DNA of 64,000 bases, from contig JAJTZB010000003.1 of assembly GCA_032906765.1 (NCBI GenBank), forward strand, positions 77,072 through 141,071, given 5' to 3'. The notes under the pieces were generated by a model, which searched no databases, was not told the DNA's origin, and was given only the letters and a program-made list of their open reading frames with translations. The stretch comes from Nitrososphaerales archaeon (GTDB lineage: Archaea > Thermoproteota > Nitrososphaeria > Nitrososphaerales > Gagatemarchaeaceae). The position numbers were made by a program, and so were the translations under genes. Below, piece after piece: positions 61,622-64,000 of the stretch (position 1 is its first letter; the number at the start of each line of letters is the position of its first letter).

Positions 61622-62653
61622 TTAGGACGACACCGACAAGATGAAAGAAGACCCTTCCTTGTCGACCCGCCATTCGCACCCTGTGAAGAGCTTCGCCACG
61701 TAGAGGCTCGTCCTGAGATGGAGGCTCGCCTCCGGTATCCTCAGCCTCGACTCCGCCTTCGAGATTGCCAGGATGGGGGCGACCATGTCGGCGAGGTTCG
61801 AATCAACGCAAGCGCCTGACTGATATGCACTGAGGAAACGGCTCGCTGCCTCTGAGCCCACGACCTCTGCCCTCTTCCCCCTCGAGCCAATCGCGTCAGC
61901 CCCGAGCAGCCTGTCAGGGGAAACCTCGTGCACAAGTATTGACGACCCAGGCGAGTCCGATTCCCCTTCTACCACCGAGGATTTTCCCACGCTCACACCA
62001 CTCGCCCTGAGCGCCGAGGTTGCGGAATCGAGTTGCCTCTGAGCGACGTGCCTGGGCAGGCTGCTGCACCTGCTCACCAGAGCGACAGACCTCCCGCCGG
62101 CCGCCTCTGTCATTACCAGCGGCCTCGGCGATGCGCACGGCTCGATGTCGACGCTTACCCTTCCACCCCCCTTGGGGTAGTATCCCCTCTTGTAGGCTTC
62201 CGCTGTGAACCGGATGCCGATTCTGGAGAACGCCTCCCTGACCACCGTGGCAAGGTAGTCATAGGTGGGGCTCCACGGAACGTCCGTCCCGCCGACAAGG
62301 TCGAGTCTGATTCCAGCACCCGAAAGCGAGGCGGCTGGGATTACGGCCTGAAGGACGAGAGTGATGCTCGCCGCTGTCCCAAGGTCGAAGCTGAGAGTTG
62401 CTCCCTCGGCGGTCCCTGGGAAGAAATTCACCTCTGTCGAGCCGACGTGCGCACCCTCCAACCTGCCGCCAGATACGGACCTGAGGATTTCGAGGGAGGC
62501 CGCGTGCTGCCTCCTGAGGCCCGGAACCTCTCTTCCCGACCTGATTTTGGTAACGTGAATCGGTCTGTTCTGGATTATCGAGAAGGCAGCGGCTGTTCTG
62601 AGGATCTGCCCACCTCCTTCGCCGTACGAGCCGTCCACCTCGACTGTTTCCAC
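61622..62653 (-). CDS. rtcA: RNA 3'-terminal phosphate cyclase
   Basis: 343 aa with the GSYGEGGGQILRTA N-terminal motif and a family-typical GG(T/S)D region. Confidence 0.9.
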   Translation of the reverse strand: METVEVDGSYGEGGGQILRTAAAFSIIQNRPIHVTKIRSGREVPGLRRQHAASLEILRSVSGGRLEGAHVGSTEVNFFPGTAEGATLSFDLGTAASITLVLQAVIPAASLSGAGIRLDLVGGTDVPWSPTYDYLATVVREAFSRIGIRFTAEAYKRGYYPKGGGRVSVDIEPCASPRPLVMTEAAGGRSVALVSRCSSLPRHVAQRQLDSATSALRASGVSVGKSSVVEGESDSPGSSILVHEVSPDRLLGADAIGSRGKRAEVVGSEAASRFLSAYQSGACVDSNLADMVAPILAISKAESRLRIPEASLHLRTSLYVAKLFTGCEWRVDKEGSSFILSVSS

Positions 62654-62732
62654 GGGCCGGGTCTGAATCCCTCGGAGGATAAGAAATGCGGCCCATTCTC
62701 TTATATAGCGCCCGCAGGTCGGCCGAAATCGG

Positions 62733-63275
62733 ATGGGCTTGCGGGTCGGACTACTTGTCGGCCGCTTCCAGCCGTTTCATCATGGTCACCTCGCGGCAGT
62801 GAAGTTCGCGATGAAACGCGTGGACTATCTCTACGTCGTCGTCGGCAGCGCGCAAAGGAGCCATGAAAGAGACAACCCATTCACAGCCGGCGAAAGGATC
62901 GAGATGATCAAGAGCGCGCTGGACGGGAACGGGGTCGACCCCTCGAAGTGGATGGCGATTCCAATCGTCGACTCGGATTCGCACTCGGTCTGGGTCTCCT
63001 CCTTAGAATCCATGGTGCCAAAGTTCGACGTTGTGTTCACCAATGACTCGCTGACATTCCTCCTCTTCAAGGAGGAGGGCAGGGAGGTGAAGGCGGTCCC
63101 ATACTTGGACAGGGAGCGGTACTCCGCCACGAACGTCAGGGACAGGATACTCGAGCGGAAGGACTGGGAGAGCCTCGTTCCAGCCCAAGTCGCCAAGCTT
63201 GTCAAGGAGTTCGGAGGGGTGGAGCGCGTGAGAGAGCTGAAGAGGAAGGAACTCTCGGGCGAGAAACATGAGTGA
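62733..63275 (+). CDS. Nicotinamide-nucleotide adenylyltransferase (archaeal NMNAT)
   Basis: 180 aa with GLLVGRFQPFHHGH (the HxGH motif), NPFTAGER and SATNVR. Confidence 0.88.
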   Translation: MGLRVGLLVGRFQPFHHGHLAAVKFAMKRVDYLYVVVGSAQRSHERDNPFTAGERIEMIKSALDGNGVDPSKWMAIPIVDSDSHSVWVSSLESMVPKFDVVFTNDSLTFLLFKEEGREVKAVPYLDRERYSATNVRDRILERKDWESLVPAQVAKLVKEFGGVERVRELKRKELSGEKHE

Positions 63276-64000
63276 CAAGCAGAAGCTGATCATGCTGCCG
63301 GGCCCGACCAACGTCTCGGAGAGGGTGATGCGGTCAATGCTCGGTCCAATCATCAACCACAGAGGGGACACTTTCCGCGAACTCTACAAGGGACTGCTGG
63401 ACAAGACCAAGCATCTCTTTCAGACAGAGCAGGACGTGCTCGTCTTCTCTTCCTCAGGGACGGGAGGGGTGGAGGCCGCAGTTTGGAACATAATCAGGCC
63501 AGGGGACGTGGCGGTCGTACCTGTCTTCGGCGAGTTCAGCTCCAGGCTGGCGAAGACCATAGGGCTTGCGGGCGGCAAGGCTGTCGAGGTGAAGTCGGAG
63601 TTCGGTTCTGTGCCTCCCCTCAAGGAGCTCAAGGAAGCGATGGACAAGCAGGGGAGATTCAAGGCCCTGTTCTTGGTCCACAACGAAACCAGCACGGGCG
63701 CGGCCGTGCCCTATGTCGAAGAGGCATCTAGGCTCGCTAGGGAGCACGGCGCATTCGCGGTCATTGACGCAATATCGAGCCTTGGGGGCTACTCAATCCC
63801 TGTAGACAAGTGGGGCATTGACGTGTGCATCACTGGGAGCCAGAAGTGCATTGCCGCGCCGCCGGGCCTCGCACTTCTTTCCGTGAGCAAGAAGGTGTCC
63901 GAGTACCTCAAAAAATCCCCACCGCTGACGCGATACTTCGACATCCCGCGTTACCTAGAGTGTGGGGTTAGGGGAGAGACGCCCTTCACGCCAGCCCTGC
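63268..64000 (+). CDS. Class-V aminotransferase (serine-pyruvate / alanine-glyoxylate type); 3' end outside the window
   Basis: My translation from the ATG at 63268 is MSDKQKLIMLPGPTNVSERV...HNETSTGA...GSQKCIAAPPG (PLP lysine motif). It overlaps the NMNAT stop by 8 nt and has no stop before the window end. Confidence 0.85.
   Translation, partial: MSDKQKLIMLPGPTNVSERVMRSMLGPIINHRGDTFRELYKGLLDKTKHLFQTEQDVLVFSSSGTGGVEAAVWNIIRPGDVAVVPVFGEFSSRLAKTIGLAGGKAVEVKSEFGSVPPLKELKEAMDKQGRFKALFLVHNETSTGAAVPYVEEASRLAREHGAFAVIDAISSLGGYSIPVDKWGIDVCITGSQKCIAAPPGLALLSVSKKVSEYLKKSPPLTRYFDIPRYLECGVRGETPFTPAL

Noticed and set aside
1-64000. Scanned for CRISPR arrays, rRNA genes and large direct or inverted repeats.
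   Set aside because: I saw no regularly spaced short repeats and no rRNA-like sequence. The only repeats noted are the tRNA-derived blocks and the 15-bp suf palindrome. This was a scan by eye, not an exhaustive search.

Overview
This is a G+C-rich, densely coding archaeal chromosomal segment with about 85 genes. The archaeal origin is inferred from the thermosome, aEF-1beta, L15e, S3Ae, FEN-1, Kae1/Bud32/Pcc1, Pth2, an Hjc-like nuclease and an archaeal-type NMNAT. The lineage cannot be fixed from the sequence alone. The gene content suggests an uncultured heterotrophic archaeon.

Content from left to right:
- L22-S3 ribosomal genes (S3 truncated at the window edge).
- A succinate dehydrogenase operon in the order sdhA-C-D-B.
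- A minus-strand suf Fe-S assembly operon: sufC, sufB, sufD, Rieske protein, sufS, sufU. Both sufB and sufS are interrupted by LAGLIDADG inteins.
- GAF protein, aquaporin, thermosome, an MDD-family mevalonate-pathway enzyme, and a cystathionine beta-synthase / gamma-lyase pair.
- A visibly AT-richer islet containing a tRNA-Lys(CUU) gene with short internal insertions, a second 5'-truncated copy of that tRNA, and orphan ORFs.
- A diphthine synthase-DUF357 fusion, RibL-like FAD synthase, and a three-gene nuclease / Zn-ribbon cassette.
- FEN-1, a solo TnpB (IS200/IS605 family), and translation/tRNA genes (aEF-1beta, Pth2, TruD, L15e, S3Ae, SerRS, S15, YchF).
- KEOPS genes, an RNase P Pop5-like subunit, and a beta-oxidation-like cluster.
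- An antitoxin-like pair, a proteasome beta subunit with Thr1 replaced by Ala, RtcA, NMNAT, and a partial class-V aminotransferase.

No rRNA gene and no CRISPR array were seen.

The observations most worth following up:
- The intein splitting SufS next to its PLP-lysine motif.
- An identical 15-bp palindromic element found upstream of both sufC and sufB.
- The intron-bearing tRNA-Lys with a truncated duplicate flanking a 408-aa orphan ORF.
- The tandem pair of degenerate Hjc-fold proteins.
- The TnpB with an intact catalytic triad and a terminal hairpin.

All functional calls rest on my reading of the translated ORFs. No database search was run.
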